Origin: an uncultured Eubacterium sp.
GTDB taxonomy: Bacteria; Bacillota; Clostridia; Lachnospirales; Lachnospiraceae
Assembly (NCBI GenBank): GCA_905235555.1
Contig: CAJOMD010000002.1
Coordinates: 2,408-66,407, forward strand
Reading direction: 5' to 3'
DNA length: 64,000 nt
Both the position numbers and the translations under genes were made by a program. This document shows, piece by piece, positions 20,478 through 30,169 of the stretch. Each line of letters begins with the position of its first letter. The stretch's first letter is position 1. The notes under the pieces are model-generated. The model saw nothing but the letters and a program-made list of their open reading frames with translations, did not search any database and was not told the origin of the DNA.

Positions 20478-23400
20478 CTATTTTTTATCTAAAGGATTAT
20501 CCTCAAATGTACTCTCCAACAAATCAACTGATACTAAAGTGGAGATACCTTTCTCTTGCATTGTAATTCCGTATAATCTGTCTGCCGAGTTCATTGTTCC
20601 ACGTCTATGAGTAATTACAATAAACTGTGTATTAGCTGTTAATTTATGTAAATAATCAGCAAATCTAATAACGTTAGTGCCATCAAGTGCTGCTTCAATC
20701 TCGTCAAGCAAACAGAATGGCGATGGTTTTAAATTTTGAATAGCAAACATCAAACTAATAGCAGTTAAAGCTTTCTCACCACCAGATAGCTGCATCATAT
20801 TCTGTAGTTTCTTTCCAGGTGGTTGTGAAATAATGTCAATACCAGCATCCAAAATATCATCAGCCTCAGTAAGTTCAATTGTACCTTTACCTCCGCCAAA
20901 CAACTCTTTAAATACATTATCAAATTCCACTTTAATCTCAGCAAATTTTTCTTTAAACTGCTTACGCATTCCAACTTCCAATTCATCGATAATCTTAAGT
21001 AGATTTTCTTTAGCTGCCATCAAATCATCATGCTGAGCTTTCATAAATGTGTAGCGTTCATTCACTTCTTTGTATTCCTCGATGGCGTTTATATTAACGT
21101 CACCTAGACTTCTCATCTCACGTCTAATCTCTGTAATAGCATTCTTAATATCAGCCTTTACCAAAGGTTCCTCTGGTTTTAGTTCTAGAGCATTTCTGTA
21201 TGTGAGTTCATATTCTTCCCACATATACGCTTCTTTGTTTGCAGTCTTCTCTTCAAATGTTTCTTTCTGTGAAGTTAAGCGATATATTTCTTTGTCTAAA
21301 TTGGTAATCTTCTCATTAATCTGCTCTCTCTTTTCAAAGAATTCTTTATGCTCTTTGTTCTGCTGTTCCTTTTTATTCTTCGCTTCCTCAATATCTTTTT
21401 CTAGTTGAACAATAGATTCTTTTGACGCCACTATCTCTTTCTGGCAATTCTCAATTGCTTCATTTCTAGCAGAAATTTCATCAATATTTTCTTTAGAGTT
21501 TGCTTCAATTCCCTGTAGTTCCTGCGTCAAAGACTCAATAGCATTTACAGATACATCTATCTTCTCAGAAATAAATTGATGATTGCTCTTAATATTAGCA
21601 ATCTCAATGTTAACTTCCTCTATAGCAGTATTCTTCTCATCTAGTTCTTTGCGCATAGTCTCAAGTTTTACATTCTTTTCATTTACGCCTTTTTCTAGTT
21701 CACTGCTCTTATCAGACTGACCAGACAAACTGCTCTTAAGTTCGGAACTGTTTTTATTTATATCATTGATCTCATTAGCAATCTCTTCGTTTTCTTTGTT
21801 AACATCAGCAAACTCGAGAACAAGATTTTCTTTTTCTTGATTTGCTGTATTAAGATTAATCTCACACGTATTTTTAAGAATGGTTTGCTCTTGTAGTCCT
21901 TTGTTAACTTTGGCAAGTTCTTCATTTAGGACGTTAATCTCACTATTGTTTTTAATAATATCCTTATCTAACTGAACTTTCTCTTCAGAAAGTTGTTTAA
22001 TTTTAGCCTCTAACTCTTCAATTTCTCTTCGTCTGCCAAGCAAATTAGAAGCATTCTTAAACGTTCCACCGGCAATAGAGCCACCAACATTTAGATACTC
22101 ACCTTCTAGAGTAACCATGCGTACTTTGTATTTATATTTTCTAGCAATTGAAATAGCGTGGTCAACAGTATCCACAACCATAACTCTACCTAGCAAATAT
22201 TTCGAAACACCCTCATACTTAGGATCAACTTTTACCAAGTCACTGGCAAGACCAAGGACGCCTGTCTCCTGCAGTGCATCTGGAGTGTTAAAGTTAGTCT
22301 TTCCACTCATACTGCTTAGAGGCAAGAATGTAGCACGTCCAAGTTTATTCTTTTTCAAATACTCAATAGTTTCTTTGGCTGTAGTTTCAGAATCTGTAAC
22401 TACATTTTGAACGTTACCACCCAAAGCTGTCTCAATAGCTGTTTCAAACTTTTTATCAACTTTAATAATATCAGCAACTACACCCACAATTCCTTGCTTG
22501 GAATCTTTCAGTTCCATAACACGCTTAACACTATTTCCGTATCCTTCGTAACGCTCTGTAATATTTTTGAGCGCTTCTAAATTGGAAATAGATTTTGTAT
22601 ATGCTTGCTGATTATTTTCTAACTTTTTAGATAGATTTTGTTTTTTTACTTTTAAATCAGCTAACTGATTACTGTAGTTATCTACAGTTTCTTTAAAACT
22701 TTCAATCTCTTTGTTAATATCTTCTAATTCTTTAGTTAACTGATTAATAACATTTTCTTTACTAGACTTCTTGCTTTCAAAATCTACTAACTTCTGATTA
22801 ATTTGAGACTTTCTAATATTGATCTGCTCAAGCATAGCATCAAATCTTTCAATCTTTGATTCGATGGATGACTTAGTACTCAAGATTTCAATAATCTCTT
22901 CTTTGTCTCTCTCAATCTCTGACTCTAATGCTTTAATGTCCCAAGTAAGCTTGCTGATTATTTCATTTTGTTTAGTCTGTTTCTCTATAGCTTGGTTAAG
23001 AAGAATCTCATTCTCATTCTTTTCTTTTTCTCTTTCAGCTAACTCTTTATTTCTAGAATCGATCTCGCCTTTTACAGAATCAATTCTAGAATTAATAAAT
23101 GACTCATTACTCTTTGCGGAGTTGATCTGCTCTTTGATAACGTTTATTTGACCTTCTAACTTTTCAATGTTTAGAGTAGTCTCATTTAGAGTCAACTGTT
23201 TTGTCTCGATAGTCTCATTAAGTTCTTCTAGCAATTCTTCTAACTTCTTATAATCAGTCTTTATCTGCTCAAATTCTTCATTAGCATTGTTCATATCGTT
23301 AGATGCGATATCTAACTTTTCATTTATTTCAGATGTCTTTGTCTTGATTTCATCCATCTCAATCAAGAACATATTTACATCGTTAGTCTTTAAATCATCT

Positions 23401-24056
23401 TTTAATTCAAGATAACGTTTAGCTTTCTCGCACTGTTTTTCAAGCGGACCAACCTGGCGTTCTAATTCTGTTAAAATGTCTGTAACACGAACTAGATGTT
23501 GGTTTTGATCATTAAGTTTTTTAATAGCCTCATTCTTTCTTCTCTTAAACTTAACAATACCAGCTGCCTCGTCAAAAAGTTCACGTCTATCTTCGGGCTT
23601 GCTACTTAGGATTTTGTCAATCTGGCCCTGACCAATGATTGAGTAACCCTCTTTACCAATACCAGTGTCATAGAACATCTCGTGCACATCACGAAGACGA
23701 ACCTGAGTACCATTAATCATATACTCACTTTCGCCTGACCTAAATAGACGACGAGAAACTGTCACCTCGTTATAGTCTACATTTAATTTGTGGTCTGAGT
23801 TATCAAATGTAATAGATACAAATGCATAACCCATAGGTTTTCGGTTTTCTGTTCCAGAAAAGATAACATCCTCCATCTTTGATGAACGAAGCTGTTTTGT
23901 TTTCTGTTCACCCAAAACCCATCTTACGGCATCTGCCACATTACTTTTACCTGATCCGTTAGGACCAACGATACCCGTAATTCCATTATGAAATTCAAAA
24001 TTTATTTTGTTAGCAAATGATTTAAATCCGTGAATTTCAATGTTCTTTAAATACAT
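20478..24056 (-). CDS. smc: Chromosome segregation protein SMC
   Basis: Walker A GPNGSGKSN, long coiled coils with a hinge, LSGGEKALTA signature and Walker B CLLDEIEAALD. Confidence 0.97.
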   Translation of the reverse strand: MYLKNIEIHGFKSFANKINFEFHNGITGIVGPNGSGKSNVADAVRWVLGEQKTKQLRSSKMEDVIFSGTENRKPMGYAFVSITFDNSDHKLNVDYNEVTVSRRLFRSGESEYMINGTQVRLRDVHEMFYDTGIGKEGYSIIGQGQIDKILSSKPEDRRELFDEAAGIVKFKRRKNEAIKKLNDQNQHLVRVTDILTELERQVGPLEKQCEKAKRYLELKDDLKTNDVNMFLIEMDEIKTKTSEINEKLDIASNDMNNANEEFEQIKTDYKKLEELLEELNETIETKQLTLNETTLNIEKLEGQINVIKEQINSAKSNESFINSRIDSVKGEIDSRNKELAEREKEKNENEILLNQAIEKQTKQNEIISKLTWDIKALESEIERDKEEIIEILSTKSSIESKIERFDAMLEQINIRKSQINQKLVDFESKKSSKENVINQLTKELEDINKEIESFKETVDNYSNQLADLKVKKQNLSKKLENNQQAYTKSISNLEALKNITERYEGYGNSVKRVMELKDSKQGIVGVVADIIKVDKKFETAIETALGGNVQNVVTDSETTAKETIEYLKKNKLGRATFLPLSSMSGKTNFNTPDALQETGVLGLASDLVKVDPKYEGVSKYLLGRVMVVDTVDHAISIARKYKYKVRMVTLEGEYLNVGGSIAGGTFKNASNLLGRRREIEELEAKIKQLSEEKVQLDKDIIKNNSEINVLNEELAKVNKGLQEQTILKNTCEINLNTANQEKENLVLEFADVNKENEEIANEINDINKNSSELKSSLSGQSDKSSELEKGVNEKNVKLETMRKELDEKNTAIEEVNIEIANIKSNHQFISEKIDVSVNAIESLTQELQGIEANSKENIDEISARNEAIENCQKEIVASKESIVQLEKDIEEAKNKKEQQNKEHKEFFEKREQINEKITNLDKEIYRLTSQKETFEEKTANKEAYMWEEYELTYRNALELKPEEPLVKADIKNAITEIRREMRSLGDVNINAIEEYKEVNERYTFMKAQHDDLMAAKENLLKIIDELEVGMRKQFKEKFAEIKVEFDNVFKELFGGGKGTIELTEADDILDAGIDIISQPPGKKLQNMMQLSGGEKALTAISLMFAIQNLKPSPFCLLDEIEAALDGTNVIRFADYLHKLTANTQFIVITHRRGTMNSADRLYGITMQEKGISTLVSVDLLESTFEDNPLDKK

Positions 24057-24084
24057 ACTTTCCTCGCTTAAATATTTATATTAA

Positions 24085-24765
24085 TTACTTATTTATTTTA
24101 TTTAATGCATCAATAGCAGCATTTTGCTCTGCATGCTTTTTAGTTTGACCAGTACCACTACCTATTATTTCATCATTTAATTTTACTACTGCGTCAAAGA
24201 CTTTATTGTGATCAGGTCCACTTTCTTTAACAATCTCATAACCAAGTTTCCCAAGATTGGTAGCATCTACCATTTCCTGCAATGTAGTTTTACTGTCATA
24301 AAACTTTTGCTTATGTTCAATGTCATTCAAAACAAATGAACAAATAAATTTAGTAGCTTCTTCCATTCCACCATCCAAGTATATAGCACCAATCAATGCT
24401 TCAAAGGCATCAGACACTATAGAGTCTCTATCTCTTCCTCCAGTGTTCTCTTCACCCTTGCCTAGGAATAAAAAATCTTGAAGATTAATCTCTCTAGCAT
24501 CGATAGCAAGAGCTGGCTCACAAACTAAACTTGCACGAAGTTTTGTCATTTCACCTTCACTCATCTTCTTATAGTTCTTAAATAAATAATCACTAGAAAC
24601 TAATTCTAATACAGCATCACCCAAATACTCCATGCGTTCATTGTTAACTTCGCCATCTTCATTGTTAACAACATAAGATTTGTGCGTGAGTGCTGTCACT
24701 AATAGTTTTTCATCTTTAAAACTATACTCAATGCTATTCTGTAATTCATCTAAATTAGTATTCAT
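24085..24765 (-). CDS. rnc: Ribonuclease III
   Basis: ERMEYLGDAVLE RNase III signature plus a C-terminal dsRBD. Confidence 0.96.
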   Translation of the reverse strand: MNTNLDELQNSIEYSFKDEKLLVTALTHKSYVVNNEDGEVNNERMEYLGDAVLELVSSDYLFKNYKKMSEGEMTKLRASLVCEPALAIDAREINLQDFLFLGKGEENTGGRDRDSIVSDAFEALIGAIYLDGGMEEATKFICSFVLNDIEHKQKFYDSKTTLQEMVDATNLGKLGYEIVKESGPDHNKVFDAVVKLNDEIIGSGTGQTKKHAEQNAAIDALNKINK

Positions 24766-24783
24766 ATTAATCCATTACATAGA

Positions 24784-24808
24784 TTTAAGCCCTGAGTTAG
24801 GGCTTAAA
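24784..24808 (-). other. Stem-loop in the acpP-rnc spacer
   Basis: Minus-strand TTTAAGCCCT-AACTC-AGGGCTTAAA: 10 bp, with no following T-tract. Confidence 0.5.
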
Positions 24809-24819
24809 TAGTACATCAA

Positions 24820-25047
24820 TTATAATGCCTTCTTAATCTCTTCGTATGCGTCCTTAACAGTCGCTATATCTTTAACATCTTCTACAGGAACTTTGATTCC
24901 AAATTCATCTTCAACGCTCATAACAATTTCCAAAAAATCTAGTGAATCTGCTCCTAAGTCCTCTACAAATCTGCTATCTGCTGTAATAGTTGATGCGTCT
25001 ATATCTAATACTTCAGCTATTACATTAATCAATTTTTCTAATTCCAT
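24820..25047 (-). CDS. acpP: Acyl carrier protein
   Basis: LGADSLDFLEIVM phosphopantetheine attachment motif. 75 aa. Its ATG shares one nucleotide with the plsX stop. Confidence 0.96.
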   Translation of the reverse strand: MELEKLINVIAEVLDIDASTITADSRFVEDLGADSLDFLEIVMSVEDEFGIKVPVEDVKDIATVKDAYEEIKKAL

Positions 25048-26072
25048 TATTTTTCCTCCTGTGTATCTGCGATACTATCTTTTATTTTATTATTAATGTC
25101 ATATTCTTTAAACATTGCGCACTGTAAAATGGAATTCTTAATCTCTACTGATTTTGAATTACCATGTGTCTTAACAAGCAAACCTTTAAGTCCGAGCATA
25201 GGCGCTCCGCCATATTGTTCAATATCAAATTTTTTAAGAGTCTTCTTAAGTTTACCTTTGATAAGTAGTGCTCCAATTTTAGTCTTTAAGCTAGACATAA
25301 GTGATTGTTTTATTGTGCTAAGCAAAACTGCTCCCACACCCTCGTAAGTCTTAAGAATAACGTTTCCGACAAAAGCATCACAGACCGCTACATCCACAGC
25401 ACCATCTGGAATATCTCTAGCTTCCACATTTCCTGCAAAGTTAATATCATCAACATCTTTGAGAAGTTCAAATGTCTCTTTAGTAAGTGCATTTCCTTTT
25501 TCTTCCTCTGCACCAATATTGATTAGACCTACTCTAGGGCTTTCAATACCCATTGAGTTTTGCACATAGATAGATCCCATCTTTGCAAACTGAACTAAGT
25601 GACTAGGTCTGGCGTCTACATTGGCGCCACAGTCTATCAAAAGAACTGGGCCATCCTTAGTTGGAAGAAACGGAGCTAAAGGTGGTCTTTCCACACCTTT
25701 AAGCCTTCCGATAACTACATGTCCACCCACTAAGTTGGCACCTGTACTACCCGCCGATACCATAGCATCAGCCTCGCCATGCTTAACTGCATATAGACAC
25801 TTTACAATAGATGATTCTGTTTTAGTTCTGATAGCCTTAACAGGTGATTCATCCATCTCAATGACCTCAGGTGCATCTATTATTTCATATCTATCTGTAT
25901 ACTTTTCAGCATCATCATACTTATCAAGTTCAAGTTTTATATCGTCTTCTTTACCAAATAATTTGATAAAAATTTCGTTGTTTTCTCTCAACGCCTCAAC
26001 AGCAGCTTTTACAGTTTCTACAGGTGCATAATCGCCACCCATACAGTCTAATGCAACTATAGTTTTTGACAT
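25047..26072 (-). CDS. plsX: Phosphate acyltransferase PlsX
   Basis: MSKTIVALDCMGGDYAP start with AAGGAGAG SD. The 41-codon upstream extension in the ORF track is hydrophobic junk with no SD. Confidence 0.95.
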   Translation of the reverse strand: MSKTIVALDCMGGDYAPVETVKAAVEALRENNEIFIKLFGKEDDIKLELDKYDDAEKYTDRYEIIDAPEVIEMDESPVKAIRTKTESSIVKCLYAVKHGEADAMVSAGSTGANLVGGHVVIGRLKGVERPPLAPFLPTKDGPVLLIDCGANVDARPSHLVQFAKMGSIYVQNSMGIESPRVGLINIGAEEEKGNALTKETFELLKDVDDINFAGNVEARDIPDGAVDVAVCDAFVGNVILKTYEGVGAVLLSTIKQSLMSSLKTKIGALLIKGKLKKTLKKFDIEQYGGAPMLGLKGLLVKTHGNSKSVEIKNSILQCAMFKEYDINNKIKDSIADTQEEK

Positions 26073-26173
26073 AATTCTCTCCTTTTCACACCATAAGAGT
26101 ATACTAAAAAAAACAGTTAAATTCAAGGCAAAAAACTCGCTAAAACTTGATAAATAAAGGGTTTTTAAGGCAT

Positions 26174-26204
26174 AAAAAAAGAACCTCATAAACAAATGAG
26201 TTTC
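26174..26204 (-). terminator. Rho-independent terminator after rpmF
   Basis: Minus-strand GAAACTCAT-TTGTTT-ATGAGGTTC (one mismatch) followed by TTTTTTTATG. Confidence 0.7.
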
Positions 26205-26226
26205 TTTTTTACAATTTAATTATTAA

Positions 26227-26409
26227 TTAATCTTCTACTGAAATAATCTCTTTTTTATTGTAACTTCCACAAGCCTTGCAAACTCTATGAGGCATCATTA
26301 ATGCACCACATTTACTACATTTTACAAGGTTTGGAGCCTTCATTTTCCAGTTAGCTCTTCTTCTATCTCTTCTTCCTTTAGAAGATTTATTTTTAGGACA
26401 TATAGACAT
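26227..26409 (-). CDS. rpmF: 50S ribosomal protein L32
   Basis: KGRRDRRRANWK and the CxxC..CxxC zinc knuckle. ATG 26409 lies 6 nt after GGAGGTG, and the ORF-track start is the GTG inside that SD. Confidence 0.93.
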   Translation of the reverse strand: MSICPKNKSSKGRRDRRRANWKMKAPNLVKCSKCGALMMPHRVCKACGSYNKKEIISVED

Positions 26410-26466
26410 TGTATACACCTCCTTAAAGTTCGTTATTTAATAGTCTTTCTCAAAGACACTTTAACA

Positions 26467-26495
26467 ATTATACATATCAGTTATATGTTTGTCAA
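26467..26495 (-). promoter_or_regulatory. Consensus sigma-A promoter for rpmF
   Basis: Minus-strand TTGACA, 17 nt spacer, TATAAT, immediately after the ackA stop. Confidence 0.7.
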
Positions 26496-26502
26496 ATACT
26501 TT

Positions 26503-27699
26503 TTAATTTGAGTTTCCAACTAATTTTACTGTCTCTTGGCATATAGCAAGTTCCTCATTAGTAGGAACCACATATACGTCCACCTTTGAATCAACTGTTG
26601 AAATTTTCACTTCTTCGCCACAGGTTTCATTAGCATTATCATCTATTGCAATTCCTAAGTACGAAAGGTGCTCACAAACTTTTTTTCTAATATTTGGATT
26701 GTTCTCACCTACGCCCGCAGTAAAGACTATGGCATCCACACCATTCATAACTGCTACATATGCGCCAATAAATCTAACTATTGCTCTTACATAAACATCC
26801 ATAGCCTCTTTAGCATTTTCATCACCCTCATCAATTGCTTTGTTTATATCTCTAAAATCACTAGAATTTTCTGATAATCCATAAACACCAGATTCCTTAT
26901 TAAGAATTCTAGTCACTTCTTTTACATCAATATTTTCAAAGTTTGATATCACTTCTAAAATTCCAGGATCTATATCACCAGATCTAGTACCCATAACCAC
27001 GCCCGACAAGGGAGTTAATCCCATACTAGTATCCACCGATTTGCCTTTATCAACTGCACATATACTTGCACCATTACCCAAATGACAAACAATAGTCTTT
27101 AAACTGTCATATGGTTTGCCAAGAATTTCTGCTATTCTTTTTGAAACAAAACTGTGAGATGTTCCGTGGAATCCATATCTTCTAATTTTATATTTATCAT
27201 AAAACTTTCTTGGAATTGCATATAAGAAGCTAGCCGCGTCCATGGTTTGGTGAAATGCTGTATCAAACACACCTACATTAGGAATGCCTGGCATAATCTC
27301 CATGCACGCCCTAATTCCAATAATATTAGCAGGGTTGTGAAGAGGTGCTAAATCATTACACTTTTCAATTTTATTCAATGCTTCTTCATCCAAAAGAATA
27401 GGCTCGCTGAAATATTCTCCACCGTGCACTACTCTATGTCCAACAGCTTTTATCTGACTCATATTAGAAACTACACCTACTTCAGAATCTGTAAGCATAT
27501 CTATTACCGCCTTGATAGCTTCATTGTGAGTAGGCATTTCAATTTCTTTTGTAATCTTTTCTTCTGTTTTATATGTGATAGAACTTCCATCTATTCCAAT
27601 TCTCTCACAAAGACCTTTCGCTAGGACATTTTCAGTCTCTGAATCAATCAATTGAAACTTAAGTGATGAACTACCACAGTTAATAACTAAAACTTGCAT
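26503..27699 (-). CDS. ackA: Acetate kinase
   Basis: VLVINCGSSSLKF N-terminus. 398 aa. It starts 1 nt after pta. Confidence 0.96.
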   Translation of the reverse strand: MQVLVINCGSSSLKFQLIDSETENVLAKGLCERIGIDGSSITYKTEEKITKEIEMPTHNEAIKAVIDMLTDSEVGVVSNMSQIKAVGHRVVHGGEYFSEPILLDEEALNKIEKCNDLAPLHNPANIIGIRACMEIMPGIPNVGVFDTAFHQTMDAASFLYAIPRKFYDKYKIRRYGFHGTSHSFVSKRIAEILGKPYDSLKTIVCHLGNGASICAVDKGKSVDTSMGLTPLSGVVMGTRSGDIDPGILEVISNFENIDVKEVTRILNKESGVYGLSENSSDFRDINKAIDEGDENAKEAMDVYVRAIVRFIGAYVAVMNGVDAIVFTAGVGENNPNIRKKVCEHLSYLGIAIDDNANETCGEEVKISTVDSKVDVYVVPTNEELAICQETVKLVGNSN

Positions 27700-27700
27700 A

Positions 27701-28693
27701 TTAATCCTGAGCCTGGACCGCTGTGATTGCTATAACGCCCACAATATCGTCCACGCTACATCCTCTCGATAAATCGTTAATAGGTTTTGCAATTCCTTGA
27801 GTTAGAGGACCATAAGCCTCTGCACTTCCAAGTCTTTGCAAAAGTTTATATCCAATATTTCCCGCATCTAAATCTGGGAATATAAGAACATTTGCATTTC
27901 CAGCCACTTTACTATTAGGCGCTTTAAACTCGGCTATTTCTGGCACTAAAGCTGCATCAGTTTGAAGTTCTCCATCAATCAAATACTGAGGATATTCTTT
28001 CTGAGCAATCTCTGTAGCTTCAATTACTTTTGTAACATCAGGGTGTGCTGCGCTTCCATATGTAGAATGCGAAAGCATAGCTACTCTTGGAGTTTCACCC
28101 ACCAAATACTCATATGATTCAGCACTACTTGCTGCAATATCAGCAAGTTGTGCTGCATTAGGATTTTGATTTAGACCGCAGTCTCCTAATACAAATACTT
28201 CATCTTCATCCGATTCTTTATCATCCACACAGATAACAAAGAAAGCTGATACTAATTTGCTGCCAGGTTTTGTTTTAATAATTTGAAGTGATGGTCTGAG
28301 CGTATTAGCCGATGAATGACATGCACCCGAAACTACTCCGTCTGCATGGCCATTTAAAACCATCATGCATGCAAAGTACATATAATCACTAATGAGCAAA
28401 GCTTTAGCTTGACGTTTAGTCATACCCTTCGCCTTGCGAAGTTCAAATAATTGATCAGTATATTCTCTAAGATTTGCATCTTCCTTAGGATCTATAAAAG
28501 TAATTCCATTCAAATCCAAATCTTGTGCTATCTCATATTTTTGTTCTTCTGAGGCAAGAATAATTAGATCCGCAAAATCGTCCTTCACTGCCTTTGACGC
28601 AGCCTCATAAGTACGCCTATCCATACCCTCAGGAAGGACTATTGTCTTTCTATTCCCTCTTGCTTTCTCTTTTAATGAGTCAATAAATTTCAT
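27701..28693 (-). CDS. pta: Phosphate acetyltransferase
   Basis: 330-aa short-form PTA_PTB domain, directly upstream of ackA. Confidence 0.94.
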   Translation of the reverse strand: MKFIDSLKEKARGNRKTIVLPEGMDRRTYEAASKAVKDDFADLIILASEEQKYEIAQDLDLNGITFIDPKEDANLREYTDQLFELRKAKGMTKRQAKALLISDYMYFACMMVLNGHADGVVSGACHSSANTLRPSLQIIKTKPGSKLVSAFFVICVDDKESDEDEVFVLGDCGLNQNPNAAQLADIAASSAESYEYLVGETPRVAMLSHSTYGSAAHPDVTKVIEATEIAQKEYPQYLIDGELQTDAALVPEIAEFKAPNSKVAGNANVLIFPDLDAGNIGYKLLQRLGSAEAYGPLTQGIAKPINDLSRGCSVDDIVGVIAITAVQAQD

Positions 28694-28723
28694 AAAAAAT
28701 CTCCTTAAACATACATAATATTC

Positions 28724-28752
28724 ATTATATACTATCTAAATTTATTAAACAA
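28724..28752 (-). promoter_or_regulatory. Promoter candidate for pta-ackA
   Basis: Minus-strand TTGTTT, 17 nt spacer, TATAAT. The -35 box is weak. Confidence 0.45.
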
Positions 28753-28762
28753 TATAATATAA

Positions 28763-28791
28763 TTGAAATGAATTTTTATAAATGCTAAAAT
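28763..28791 (+). promoter_or_regulatory. Promoter candidate for the tmcAL-like gene
   Basis: Plus-strand TTGAAA, 17 nt spacer, TAAAAT. It would leave a very short leader before the AAGGAA SD. Confidence 0.45.
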
Positions 28792-28809
28792 ACTCGTTAA
28801 GGAAAAACT

Positions 28810-30030
28810 ATGAAAACAATAGGAATGATAGCGGAATTCAATCCGTTTCACAAAGGTCACAAATATATAATTGAGAAAGCAAAGAGCATCACTGGCGCAG
28901 ATAATGTCATAGTAGTTTGTAGTGGCAATTTCGTACAACGCGGAGAGCCAAGTATATACGACAAAACAGTACGTACGAGGGCTGCATTATCAAACGGAGT
29001 GGATGCTGTTTTTGAATTGCCAGTATATTACGCTACTGCTTCTGCAGAGACATTCGCTAGAGCCAGTGTTAAGTTTTTGACAGATATAGGATGTGTTGAT
29101 TATCTTTGCTTCGGTTGCGAGACAGAAAACATCAAAATCCTTCCTGTTATTGCTAATGTTTTAAATAAAGAACCATATGAATATAAGGAATTATTAAAAA
29201 ACCATTTAGCTGAGGGTGTATCATTCCCAAAAGCTAGATCATATGCTCTAAAAAAATATTTAAAAAACACTAAAAACATTAATGAAGACGAAACAGAACT
29301 GACTCTAAAATCACCAAACAATATTTTGGCAATTGAATATATGAAAGCAATTAAATATTTTGACTCAAATTTGAAACCATTAGCCATTAAACGTGTGGGT
29401 GCTGATTACTCATCTAAAGATATTACATATGATTTTGTTTCTGCTAATGCTATAAGAAATGAGTTAAAGAAAAAACATAATATTAAACCACTAGTTCCAT
29501 CAAATGCATATAAATTTTACGATAACACTAAACCATTATTTTTAAGCGATTTTGACCAGTTGCTCGGAAAAGCACTACTTAGTTCAAAAAATTATGACAA
29601 ATACTTAGATGTGGGTAAAGAATTTGCAAATCGAATTTTTAATCAAAAAATTCTTTATACAGACATAGAAAATTTTATAAAACAAATTGATTCTAAAAAC
29701 AATACTAAAACAGCTATATCAAGAGCTTTGCTTCATATTATGTTAAATTTAAAGAAAGTTGATGTAATGGACGCTATAAATAATAACTACTTTACTTCTG
29801 CTAGACTACTTGGAATAAACCGTGCATCAAATCTTATTTCAATTATCAATGACAATTCAAAAATTCCACTTATCAGCAAGTTCTCAACTCACTATCAAAA
29901 CGCAACTGGTCTAGATAAAAAATTATTAGACATTCAATTATACGCTGATAATCTATATCGTTTAGTATATATGACAAAATATAAAGAAATTATTCCAAAT
30001 GAATTCGAAAGACAAATTGTTGTAAAGTAA
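28810..30030 (+). CDS. tmcAL: tRNA(Met) cytidine acetate ligase-like nucleotidyltransferase (YlbM/UPF0348)
   Basis: MIAEFNPFHKGHKYII HxGH-type nucleotidyltransferase N-terminus. 406 aa. One of only two plus-strand genes. Confidence 0.85.
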   Translation: MKTIGMIAEFNPFHKGHKYIIEKAKSITGADNVIVVCSGNFVQRGEPSIYDKTVRTRAALSNGVDAVFELPVYYATASAETFARASVKFLTDIGCVDYLCFGCETENIKILPVIANVLNKEPYEYKELLKNHLAEGVSFPKARSYALKKYLKNTKNINEDETELTLKSPNNILAIEYMKAIKYFDSNLKPLAIKRVGADYSSKDITYDFVSANAIRNELKKKHNIKPLVPSNAYKFYDNTKPLFLSDFDQLLGKALLSSKNYDKYLDVGKEFANRIFNQKILYTDIENFIKQIDSKNNTKTAISRALLHIMLNLKKVDVMDAINNNYFTSARLLGINRASNLISIINDNSKIPLISKFSTHYQNATGLDKKLLDIQLYADNLYRLVYMTKYKEIIPNEFERQIVVK

Positions 30031-30096
30031 TTTTATATCACGACCATTTACACTCCAATTCGAAGTTTCAAAACTAAAAATTATTCAGTTTAAAGC

Positions 30097-30151
30097 AAAA
30101 AAAATACTTCCATAAGAAAATTTTTGTTATTTTCATTGGAAGTATTTTTTT
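30097..30151. terminator. Bidirectional terminator in the convergent gap
   Basis: AATACTTCC/GGAAGTATT stem flanked by an A-run and a T-run. The loop is long (26 nt). Confidence 0.5.
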
Positions 30152-30169
30152 GTGTCGAATGAAAAAAAA

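Noticed and set aside
28732-28938. 68-aa minus-strand ORF spanning the pta/tmcAL divergent region.
   Set aside because: It is antisense to the conserved N-terminus of the tmcAL-like gene and covers its promoter. It has no SD site and an implausible composition.
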